The notes below the pieces were generated by a model, which was given only the letters and a program-made list of their open reading frames with translations, did no database searches and was not told where the DNA came from. Shown here piece after piece: positions 19,544 through 27,881 of a DNA stretch of 62,733 bases (positions are counted from its first letter, which is position 1; each line of letters opens with the position of its first letter). The translations under genes were made by a program, and so were the position numbers. Source of the DNA: an uncultured Mycoplasmatota bacterium (GTDB taxonomy: Bacteria > Bacillota_I > Bacilli_A > RF39 > UBA660); the NCBI GenBank assembly GCA_900549325.1, contig UROI01000003.1:1-62733 (forward strand), read 5' to 3'.

Positions 19544-19759
19544 TTAAAACTTAAAACTATTGTTTTTTCCTTTTAACTTAAATTTTGTTTCTGCTAAGGC
19601 TAATTCTTCTTTTAAAGTTTTAAAAACTTTTTTTACGTCTTCTTCAGTGTAAGAATAAGCCCGCGTATTGGATAAATTACCTATAAGTTGAATGTTTTTT
19701 ATTGCGTTATTAACTCTTTTTTCAGCCAATTCTTTAAACTTTATTTCCTTTTCTTCCAT
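19544..19759 (-). CDS. Small helical protein, first gene of the GHKL operon
   Basis: 71 aa (MEEKEIKFKELAEKRVNNAIKNIQLIGNLSNTRAYSYTEEDVKKVF...). SD GAGAGG. 16-nt gap to the GHKL gene. Confidence 0.5.
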   Translation of the reverse strand: MEEKEIKFKELAEKRVNNAIKNIQLIGNLSNTRAYSYTEEDVKKVFKTLKEELALAETKFKLKGKNNSFKF

Positions 19760-19786
19760 ATAACATTTGCCTCTCTTTCAACATAT

Positions 19787-19814
19787 ATTATACATATTTT
19801 TAAAATGTTGTCAA
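19787..19814 (-). promoter_or_regulatory. Near-consensus sigma-A promoter for the 71-aa/GHKL operon
   Basis: Minus strand reads TTGACA (19814-19809), 16-nt spacer, TATAAT (19792-19787). Located between the dcm stop and the 71-aa start. Confidence 0.6.
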
Positions 19815-19860
19815 TATATTTTTGCAATATTTTAAAAATATTACAAAAATGAAGCATATT

Positions 19861-21030
19861 TTATTGTGCTTCATTAAACAGTTTTTCAGCCATTGTTTTA
19901 ATTACATCAACATTCACAGCATTTCCAAATTGTTTGTATGCTTGTTGATCATTCTTATTTGGAATAAATGTGTCAGGAAAACTCTGAAGTCTAGCTGCTT
20001 CTCTAACTGTTAGTCTTCTTTTATACTTACCTATTATTGGAATTTGTACCATTGCTACTAACGCAGGAAAGCATGTTGGTTTTTTAACCCTAATACCTGA
20101 CGGTCTAAATTGTATTATCCCATCCCATAACGATTTTATGCTATTACCAGCTTGCCATTCTAATTTTCTATGTGTTGGAGCAAATTCTTTTAAATAATTA
20201 TATTTTTCCATCCATCTATCTATAAACTCTTTATTATTGTTATATAAATTAATATTCTTATTTATGAAATCCTCTTTCCATTTTGGCAATTTTTCATCTT
20301 TAAAATATCCATTAAAATATACTGCCCATATTGGGAAACCAATAACTGTTTCTTTAATTCCTTTATAAAATTCATCCCACGCTGTTAAAACCATTTTTTC
20401 ATAATCTGAAATATAGTATTTATTTGACACTTTCTTTGTTTCTAGCACGGTTGAAATATCATTTTCTTCTTTTGACATCAATTCTGGCAGTTTTATATTT
20501 AAATCTTTATCAGCATTTTCTGGATCATATATACCCAAAATTACAACTCTTTCCCTTAATTGCGGGATACCTAATTGATGTGGGCTAATAATAATAGGTT
20601 CTTTTGTCAAACGATAGCCAATTTCTTTCAAATGTGAATAAATTGTATTCCATGTCTTTTTATTGTCATGTGATACTAAGTTTCTTACATTTTCTAAAAC
20701 TATATACTTTGTCTTATGATATTTTAAAATTCTCTCTATTTCAAAAAATAGCGTTCCTTTAGTTTCATCGTTGAATCCTAACTGTTTTCCAGCTTTAGAA
20801 AATGTTTGGCATGGGAAGCCAGCGCATAGAACGTCATGTTTGGGTATATCTTTCTCATCTATATCCCTAATATTGCAATCAGAATTAATACCATAGTTTT
20901 CATAATATGTTTCTATTGCATACTTATCAATTTCAGATGCAAATACACAATTTCCACCTAATTGTTCCATTGCCTGATGAAAGCCACCTATTCCAGCAAA
21001 TAAATCTATAAACTTAAAGTCCTTTTTCAT
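19861..21030 (-). CDS. dcm: DNA (cytosine-5)-methyltransferase
   Basis: Motif I FIDLFAGIGGF, motif IV GFPCQTFS, motif VI LENVRNL, motif VIII QLRERV, motif X QFGNAV. Confidence 0.92.
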   Translation of the reverse strand: MKKDFKFIDLFAGIGGFHQAMEQLGGNCVFASEIDKYAIETYYENYGINSDCNIRDIDEKDIPKHDVLCAGFPCQTFSKAGKQLGFNDETKGTLFFEIERILKYHKTKYIVLENVRNLVSHDNKKTWNTIYSHLKEIGYRLTKEPIIISPHQLGIPQLRERVVILGIYDPENADKDLNIKLPELMSKEENDISTVLETKKVSNKYYISDYEKMVLTAWDEFYKGIKETVIGFPIWAVYFNGYFKDEKLPKWKEDFINKNINLYNNNKEFIDRWMEKYNYLKEFAPTHRKLEWQAGNSIKSLWDGIIQFRPSGIRVKKPTCFPALVAMVQIPIIGKYKRRLTVREAARLQSFPDTFIPNKNDQQAYKQFGNAVNVDVIKTMAEKLFNEAQ

Positions 21031-21172
21031 TTTTACATCACCACTATATTAATTATACTACTTTTTTTTACATAAAGCTAGCATTTTTTACAAATTTAAG
21101 CGAAAATTTTGCATTTGGTTATAGATTTATTTAGAGCAATGTTATATAATTATTATAGGAGGTTAATAATAT

Positions 21173-22444
21173 ATGGCCAATTTAAAAAGTGAACAGTTGA
21201 GAAGCGACCTAGGTCTTGAAATAAACTATGATCAACCACTTTCAACTTCTGAAATGATGAAAAATATTATCAATATTCTTGGTAAAAGTAATTGCTATAT
21301 AGAAAAAGTTAATAATAAAAAGTTGCTTTTTTACAAACATAGTAATACAATTGAAGTACTATTACTTGCATCAATTACTTACATGGGAGGGAATGGTCAA
21401 CATCCGATTTATAAAAAAAGAATGCAATTAAAGAAATGGTATAAAGATATTGTGAATTATTATAGTAATAAATCAAATTATAATGTTAGATTCATTGGTG
21501 TATATCATTATCAAAATAATATTATTTTTGCAGAATTTAACAAAGATTCCTATGTTAAGAAAAAAATGAATTCTTCTGCCGCCCATGTTTATACCAATGA
21601 TTTGTATCAGGCAATGAAGGATGGTTCTTTTAAAAGAAAAGACAGAAATAAAAATGAAATTACTACAATCAAATACATTAAATTTAAAGACTATTTAGAT
21701 AATAACATGTCAAAATACAGTAATGATTTATTTAACATATTTACTTTATTTAATGAAGGCGATTTCTTTGGAAAATGGATAAGTGCAAAAGTTGCAATAC
21801 CAGAAATGCACAAAGAAAACTGGAATAAATGGAAAGAAACAGAGTGGCCAGGATGGTACCTAGAATTTAAAATGAATTCCTTCATCAAAGAGAAATGTCT
21901 TGAAAATAAAATCTTATATGTTGGTAGTTCTCATAAGCGTGCAGGAGAATTAGACTTTGACTTGTGGTTTGGTGAAGATAATTTTTATGGTGATTTAAAA
22001 GCAAGTGATATTGATAAAAAGGAAGCACCTGGAAATGATCAAAATAGTTTTATTGAATGTATCAACAAGTATAATAAATTTTGGTATATCATTTACGAAC
22101 ATAATACTATAAAAGATAATGAAACCAATAATTATGATGCAACTAGATTTAGAGCAAACTATATTAAAGATAATAATGAATGGCCACTTGGAAAACAATT
22201 TGATGAATTAAGTTATTATAAAAGAATGAAAAATTCTATTAAATTCATTAAGATGTATATAATTGAACTTAATAGAATTAATTTTAGAAATGTATTAAGT
22301 GACTTTAATCAGGGAAAGCAGCCCAGTGGAGATGCAAGGAATCCTAAATTTAAAATATCAAAGAAAAATATAGATAACTTTATTGTTTACGAGCAAGATT
22401 TTATACAGATTGAAGAGAAAAAATTGAATCATTGTCAGGAATAG
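21173..22444 (+). CDS. Candidate type II restriction endonuclease (PD-(D/E)XK-like), divergent from dcm
   Basis: 423 aa. GELDFDLWFGEDNFYGDLKAS gives D-x12-D-L-K. Divergent arrangement with a C5 MTase across a 142-bp shared promoter region. No family was recognised by eye. Confidence 0.5.
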   Translation: MANLKSEQLRSDLGLEINYDQPLSTSEMMKNIINILGKSNCYIEKVNNKKLLFYKHSNTIEVLLLASITYMGGNGQHPIYKKRMQLKKWYKDIVNYYSNKSNYNVRFIGVYHYQNNIIFAEFNKDSYVKKKMNSSAAHVYTNDLYQAMKDGSFKRKDRNKNEITTIKYIKFKDYLDNNMSKYSNDLFNIFTLFNEGDFFGKWISAKVAIPEMHKENWNKWKETEWPGWYLEFKMNSFIKEKCLENKILYVGSSHKRAGELDFDLWFGEDNFYGDLKASDIDKKEAPGNDQNSFIECINKYNKFWYIIYEHNTIKDNETNNYDATRFRANYIKDNNEWPLGKQFDELSYYKRMKNSIKFIKMYIIELNRINFRNVLSDFNQGKQPSGDARNPKFKISKKNIDNFIVYEQDFIQIEEKKLNHCQE

Positions 22445-22462
22445 TTATAAATATTAAAACTT

Positions 22463-22492
22463 AAAATTCGGAAAATCTTCCGAATTTTTTTA
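22463..22492 (+). terminator. Intrinsic terminator after the candidate endonuclease gene
   Basis: 11-bp stem aaaattcggaa / ttccgaatttt with loop aatc, then a T-run. Confidence 0.8.
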
Positions 22493-22700
22493 TTTATTAT
22501 TTTTTGATTTGTATTATTTGCATTAATACTTTAAAAATCTAACCTTATACACCCTATTTTATTAAAAGGGGGGTTGTTCTACATTGTTTTATGTTTAATA
22601 TATATTTTAACAAAATGTATTATAAAGTTATTTTTTTCTTTATATATTTGAGATTATATAAAAATGATGTATAATATAATGTGTATTAGGAGGAGATAAT

Positions 22701-23669
22701 GTGGTAGTAGGCGTTAATATATCGAGTTTTAGACTTAAAAAAAAATATACAAAAAAAGAAGAATTTATTCCGTTTTATTCTGACTTTTCAAAAAATAAAG
22801 ATGATTGTATTTATTCATGTGATAATATCATAGATGTTATAGAAGAATTCTATAAATCTAAAATTTTACCAGAACAGTTAGATTATCATAAAAAATATTT
22901 TGGAACAAAAAAAGATTCCTTTAAGATTATTGAAAAAAATGATAGAATATATGTCTCTTTCACAGTTATTTGTGGTGCATATGGAATCAAATCGGAAATA
23001 ACTGATATTGATACTAATGAAATTTTGTTTAAAAGAAAAATAAACAATGCCGATGTAAAAGATTTTAGAATTATGTTTGCTTTTGCTAGAAATCAAGATA
23101 CATTTGAAGTTAATAAAGGAGTTGTTCTATTTGAAGTAATTGGGCAATATGGAGTAAAAACTTTAATTACTAATAAACTTAGAGAGTTTTTATCAAATAG
23201 TTTTCATGTAATTCCATTTTTTTATACAGTTTCAACAAGAGAGGCTTTTGAGAAATTGGTTGAAAAAGGAAGTTTTAAAAAAATTAACTTAATAAAAAAT
23301 GAAGTTAGTCCTAATTTTTCTAATATGTTGGGTATTAATTGTGGAAAAGAAGTTAGAACTGTTGCAGTAGCATCAATTAGAGAAAAGAAAAATTTTGTTG
23401 ATAAACTATTAAACTTTGCAACATCCGACAAGGAAGTTTACGAAATAGATGATGAATACGATGATATTTCGATTACAATAGATATGGGTGGAAGAACAAA
23501 AACAACAAGTATTAAAAACTTTAGTTCATTGTATATTGTTGAAGAACTTCCTAAGGATGTTTTAGATATAGATGGAGAAATGATTGTACAAAAAATCGAT
23601 GATGCAATGATGCAATATGCCAATGATTATTTAGATAATATTGTGGAAGGTGATGAGATTGTTAATTAA
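22701..23669 (+). CDS. Hypothetical cytoplasmic protein (no motif recognised)
   Basis: 322 aa. GTG start with SD AGGAGG 7 nt upstream. A9 and A7 tracts at codons 13-19. The 3' end overlaps the next gene. Confidence 0.6.
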   Translation: MVVGVNISSFRLKKKYTKKEEFIPFYSDFSKNKDDCIYSCDNIIDVIEEFYKSKILPEQLDYHKKYFGTKKDSFKIIEKNDRIYVSFTVICGAYGIKSEITDIDTNEILFKRKINNADVKDFRIMFAFARNQDTFEVNKGVVLFEVIGQYGVKTLITNKLREFLSNSFHVIPFFYTVSTREAFEKLVEKGSFKKINLIKNEVSPNFSNMLGINCGKEVRTVAVASIREKKNFVDKLLNFATSDKEVYEIDDEYDDISITIDMGGRTKTTSIKNFSSLYIVEELPKDVLDIDGEMIVQKIDDAMMQYANDYLDNIVEGDEIVN

Positions 23670-24267
23670 ATTATTAATTTTAATAATTGCAATTTATTTG
23701 TTTATATACTGTTTTTTAACAAAGCAAGACTACATAAATGTATCGCAAGTTATAAGAGAACAGTTACAATCTATACTTAAGAAGAAATCTGAAAGAAGAA
23801 AACGTGACATATATTCTTTTGTAAACATATATATACTTCCGCTACTATTATCATTTTTTTCTGCTTTAGAAAATATAATAAGTAACAATTTCTATGATAA
23901 TATTATTGTAATTTTAGCTATACTTGTATCTGTATTTTTAACTTTAATCAGCATTTTAACATCTAAAAGTTATAAAACAAAAACAGATAAGCAAAAAATA
24001 ATAGTTAACCTAACTTTTAATAATGTCTATTTTTTAACTGTAATATCTACGATATTACTAATACTTTGTTTTTTAAAGAGTAGTATTAGTAATATAGAAT
24101 TAAACCTTTTCAATAATATACCTATAATATGCAAGATATTTAATCTTAGTAATTATAAAGTTTTGTTTAACACCATAGTAATATATTTAATTATACAAAT
24201 AATCATACATTTATTAATTGTGTTAAAAAGGATACAACAAATATTTTTTATAACGTTTGATGATTAA
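23653..24267 (+). CDS. Hypothetical polytopic membrane protein (about 5 TM)
   Basis: ORF track starts at TTG 23641. ATG 23653 with SD GGAAGGTG is preferred. It overlaps the upstream gene by 17 nt. Hydrophobic segments include LLIKLLILIIAIYLFIYCFL, IYILPLLLSFFSAL, IIVILAILVSVFLTLISIL, VYFLTVISTILLILCFL and IVIYLIIQIIIHLLIVL. Confidence 0.6.
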   Translation: MRLLIKLLILIIAIYLFIYCFLTKQDYINVSQVIREQLQSILKKKSERRKRDIYSFVNIYILPLLLSFFSALENIISNNFYDNIIVILAILVSVFLTLISILTSKSYKTKTDKQKIIVNLTFNNVYFLTVISTILLILCFLKSSISNIELNLFNNIPIICKIFNLSNYKVLFNTIVIYLIIQIIIHLLIVLKRIQQIFFITFDD

Positions 24268-24370
24268 ATAATTAATATATTTATTTTTAACTTTATGTAA
24301 AAAATATTGTACACCTAGTATAAAATTATATTAAAGCACAAAACGATCTAACAATGGACCGCTTCATGCT

Positions 24371-24541
24371 TTATTTTTTTAGTTCATATTTTTCAATCAA
24401 TTTAGAAAATGTCATGTTTACACTATTAATTATATCTTGCTGCTTTTCTTTTAAGTCAATTAATTTCTTGTAAATATCATTATATATTATACTTGCTGCT
24501 TTATTTTCAATTTTATTATTTTCATCTTCAAATCCTACTTC
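24371..24541 (-). pseudogene. 3' remnant (about 55 codons) of an unidentified gene, cut off at repeat T1
   Basis: Own translation: (stop)LEVGFEDENNKIENKAASIIYNDIYKKLIDLKEKQQDIINSVNMTFSKLIEKYELKK*. The open frame begins 2 codons after a TAA that lies inside the T1 repeat. No start codon or SD. Confidence 0.4.
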
Positions 24542-24545
24542 TAGT

Positions 24546-24655
24546 TAACAAAAAAGCACTAGCACAAAAAATCTATTAAATAGACCTGTACTAGCGTCTT
24601 TCTTTAGTCAATTTAAGTATATCAGATTATTTTTATTTAATCAACAAATTTAAAC
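24546..24655 (-). repeat. Repeat T1: promoter-like TTGATT-17-TATACT followed by hairpin plus U6 (about 100-bp unit, copy 1)
   Basis: About 85-90% identical by eye to 27496-27595. Minus strand: -35 at 24644-24639, -10 at 24621-24616, hairpin CGCUAGUAC..GUGCUAGUG (24557-24597), T6 (24550-24555 as A6 on plus). Confidence 0.8.
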
Positions 24656-24665
24656 AAATTTCTCC

Positions 24666-24787
24666 ATACTAAAATAATATTAGTGTATATATCTATAGCT
24701 TATATATAATAGATGCAATAAGCATATTGTTATTAGACCTAGGCTAATAACAACACTAATAAGACTTACATAGTAAGGCTTATAGTG
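24666..24787 (+). repeat. Double-hairpin element, copy c (long form)
   Basis: Left arm atactaaaataatattagtgtatatatctata plus box GCTTATATATAATAGA (24698-24713). tgttattag-ACCTAGG-ctaataaca (24728-24752). cactaataag-ACTTACATAGTAAGG-cttatagtg (24754-24787). Confidence 0.9.
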
Positions 24788-24808
24788 AACATAATAAAAT
24801 ATATATAA

Positions 24809-27469
24809 TTATTTATTACTAACTATCTCATCTAATTTACTTCTTATAATACTTTCTTCTCTACTACCATTAGTAGTTAATCTTATTAATGGTATATTAT
24901 ATTTAGATAGTATATTATTCTTTAATATATCTCTTTCTTTTTGTTTATTATCTTCTTTATGATATTTATATCCATCTACTTCTACCGCTAATAATGGTAT
25001 TTTACTTATTTTATTATATATTAAGAAATCTATATGAGTATTATGATGAGAAGCATATTTTCTTTCTTCTTCCGTTAGTAATGTTTTATCTTTTATTAAT
25101 ATATTTACTGGATATCTAAAAGTAAATGTTAAGTCTTTATAATCTTCTAATACTTTATTTAATAAATGATACATGATATTTTCTGAATCATAGTCTGATA
25201 TCTTTTTATGTTTTTTAAAATAGTCTAATCTTTCTTTTTCATATTGTTTGTATAATAAATCGAATACTGAATATATATTACTTTCTTCTACTTCCATATT
25301 TATATATTTGGTATAATCTATAAAATCTTTTATATTTTGATTCTTTATATTATTACCAGTTACTATGAATATTAGTTCTTTCTTTGCTCTAGATATAGCT
25401 ACATTTAAGATATTAGAGTCCGCTACAAAGTCTGATATTTCATCATCTACTGTTGATATTATTATGGCATCTTTTTCTCTACCTTGAAACTTATGAACTG
25501 TACTTACTTCTATATCTTGGATATTTTGTTTTATTAAATCTACTTGATTATTATATGGGGCTATTATTCCTATATCATTAGTTTTTATCTTTGGTAGTAT
25601 TTCTTTTATTATATCTAATTGTCTTTGACTTGTATTATCTCTTTTATGATTTCCTTTATTGGTTTTTATTACTTTTATAACATCTTGCTCATCTTTATCT
25701 TCAGTCATTATTACTAGTTCATTATTATAGAACTTTTTATTACAGAAGTTTATTATTTTAGGATGACATCTATAGTGTTCTTTTAACATTACTTTTGGTA
25801 CTTCTTCTATGATATTTTTAACACTACTTAAGAAACTGTTTAATGAATAACTATAACCATTATCTATATTGTATTCTTTGAATATTTTTTCTGTCTTTTC
25901 TTTTATTATATCTGATACAACATTTGGTAGTTGTTTTTCATCTCCTATTACAACAGCGTATTTGGCTGATGATAATGCTAATAGGCCTGTTACAACATCT
26001 ATTTGACTTGATTCATCCATTATTATATAGTCAAACTTAAAATCTTCTTTGAAAGTATTTCTTGATGAGTAGGTTGTGCTTAGTATAACTGGATAATCCT
26101 TTATAAAATTAGTACTATTTTTCTTTATTTCTTGATATGTATATTTTTTTCTTGGTTCTTTGTATTTTTGTGATAGGTATTTTTTTAGATAAGTCATTGA
26201 TGAGTTTATAAAGGCTGTTTCTATATATTTATTTTTTTCTACAAAGGATTGTTCTTTGGTTATTTGTTCTTCTAAGGATTTTATTTGTGTTTGGTATAGA
26301 TTATTTTGAATTGTATTTATTATTATTTCAATATTATTTTTATATAATGAGAAGTCTCCTATTTGATATATGAATATATATTTTAATTTATTTAATAATG
26401 TTAATTTATCGGTGTTTATCAATTCATTCCATAATTTTTGCAAGTTATTTGGATTTATTCTTGTTAGTTCTATAAGGTTAATGTTCTGATTTTTCATGTA
26501 TTCTTTAAAGTATTTGTATTCTAGTGTTAGGTCATTTTTACTTTGAGTTAGTATGGCTATCTTTTGTCTACTGGTATAGATTTGTTTTACTATGCTATTG
26601 TTATTTTTTATTACATTGGTTATATCTTCAATATTTATATTTTCGTACTCTTTAAACGATGGAATGTTATCTGTTTGGTTTTCTATAAAATTATTTTTAT
26701 TGGCGCTTTTTCCTAAGAGTGCTTCAAAGAAGTCTAGGTTGTATTTTTTTAGTTTCTCTTCGATGTTTTCGATAGCAGCATTATTATTTGATACTACTTG
26801 ACAGTTCATATTTCTTATTAGTATATTGGCTATGATATTTAGTATTGTTTGTGTCTTGCCTGTTCCTGGAGGACCCTCAATAACACTTACTTTATTATTT
26901 ATAGCATTTTCTACGGCTTTATACTGACTAGAATTACAACCAAAGGGAAATATTAGAAAGTCTATGTCATTTCCTTTTATTATACTATTTGATAGTTTTA
27001 GATAGTTTGATAATGCTGTATCTAGATTATCTACTTCTACTTTCTTCATCTGCTCACTTAGTATCTTCTTTCCATCCTCGGTACTAAGTGATGTTATGTC
27101 AGCGGCCTTTTGCATGTATTCTATTACATCTTTGTTATTGCTTATTATTTTTACTTGGGTATCTAGGTAGTCTTGATGTGTATTATTGTTTAAAATCATG
27201 TGGTAGTAATAGTTATTTCCGTAGTTAAATTCATAGACTTCTTTTATATCTTTTACTTTAATGTTATTTATGAAGATGTTATATTTTGTTAGGTCTATTT
27301 GTTCTGAAACTGTTAAATGCTTTACTCTATATGCTTGATAATTGTAAAACTTACTACTATTTTTGTATTTTATTACGTAGGTATAGTTGATGTGGTTATA
27401 CCTGCAATAGGATATTTTGGGTGTTACTATTTCGTTATCGATGATTATCATTTCTTTTCTTGGGTCCAT
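24809..27469 (-). CDS. Upf1/DNA2-like SF1 helicase (AAA_11/AAA_12) with unknown N-terminal domain and C-terminal DUF2726-like nuclease-fold domain
   Basis: 886 aa. VIEGPPGTGKTQT, IIMDESSQ, VIGDEKQLPN, HYRCHPKIINF, VSTVHKFQGREKDAIIIS, VAISRAKKEL. C-terminus HIDFLIYNKISKIPLLAVEVDGYKYH...ERDILKNNILSKYNIPLIRL. Confidence 0.85.
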   Translation of the reverse strand: MDPRKEMIIIDNEIVTPKISYCRYNHINYTYVIKYKNSSKFYNYQAYRVKHLTVSEQIDLTKYNIFINNIKVKDIKEVYEFNYGNNYYYHMILNNNTHQDYLDTQVKIISNNKDVIEYMQKAADITSLSTEDGKKILSEQMKKVEVDNLDTALSNYLKLSNSIIKGNDIDFLIFPFGCNSSQYKAVENAINNKVSVIEGPPGTGKTQTILNIIANILIRNMNCQVVSNNNAAIENIEEKLKKYNLDFFEALLGKSANKNNFIENQTDNIPSFKEYENINIEDITNVIKNNNSIVKQIYTSRQKIAILTQSKNDLTLEYKYFKEYMKNQNINLIELTRINPNNLQKLWNELINTDKLTLLNKLKYIFIYQIGDFSLYKNNIEIIINTIQNNLYQTQIKSLEEQITKEQSFVEKNKYIETAFINSSMTYLKKYLSQKYKEPRKKYTYQEIKKNSTNFIKDYPVILSTTYSSRNTFKEDFKFDYIIMDESSQIDVVTGLLALSSAKYAVVIGDEKQLPNVVSDIIKEKTEKIFKEYNIDNGYSYSLNSFLSSVKNIIEEVPKVMLKEHYRCHPKIINFCNKKFYNNELVIMTEDKDEQDVIKVIKTNKGNHKRDNTSQRQLDIIKEILPKIKTNDIGIIAPYNNQVDLIKQNIQDIEVSTVHKFQGREKDAIIISTVDDEISDFVADSNILNVAISRAKKELIFIVTGNNIKNQNIKDFIDYTKYINMEVEESNIYSVFDLLYKQYEKERLDYFKKHKKISDYDSENIMYHLLNKVLEDYKDLTFTFRYPVNILIKDKTLLTEEERKYASHHNTHIDFLIYNKISKIPLLAVEVDGYKYHKEDNKQKERDILKNNILSKYNIPLIRLTTNGSREESIIRSKLDEIVSNK

Positions 27470-27495
27470 ACTTCTTTTACCTCCGCCTACTATTA

Positions 27496-27595
27496 AATAA
27501 AAACTAGCACAAAAAATCTATAAGTAGACCTGTACTAGCGTCTTTTTTAACAATTTAAGTATATCAAATATTTTTTATTTATTCAATAAATTGGA
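27496..27595 (-). repeat. Repeat T2: promoter-like TTGAAT-17-TATACT followed by hairpin plus U-run, immediately upstream of the helicase start
   Basis: Minus strand: -35 at 27586-27581, -10 at 27563-27558, hairpin 27503-27540, then a short U-run, then SD GGAGG and ATG 27469. Confidence 0.8.
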
Positions 27596-27646
27596 TATAT
27601 TTGTTAATCCTTTTTAGAAATATTATCACATAAGATACAATATTTC

Positions 27647-27829
27647 TTATTCATTATCATCTTCAGAATAATAGTCATCATCTTCTAGTTCTTCCTCTTC
27701 AAAATTAAATGAATCATACTTCTTTTCTTTTACTAATTCTTTTTGCCAATCTTCTAAATCATTGTTATCTTTTTTATTGTCATCTTCTGTATCTGTAAAT
27801 GCTTTTATTAAGTTCCATATTAAACACAT
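27647..27829 (-). CDS. Tiny highly acidic protein (60 aa)
   Basis: MCLIWNLIKAFTDTEDDNKKDNNDLEDWQKELVKEKKYDSFNFEEEELEDDDYYSEDDNE. Lies between the HEPN gene and the helicase on the same strand. Coding status is unproven. Confidence 0.4.
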   Translation of the reverse strand: MCLIWNLIKAFTDTEDDNKKDNNDLEDWQKELVKEKKYDSFNFEEEELEDDDYYSEDDNE

Positions 27830-27881
27830 AATCTCACCACCTCTGGAGTTTAGTTACCGCTGTTTATTATACTTTTGTTCC

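Noticed and set aside
24698-24713. Reading the conserved box GCTTATATATAATAGA as an outward promoter making a two-hairpin sRNA.
   Set aside because: Candidate -35 hexamers are poor (TTAGTG/TTAGTA, 3 of 6 matches) or absent in other copies. No copy has a U-run after the second hairpin. The box is therefore treated as a conserved part of the repeat, not as a promoter.
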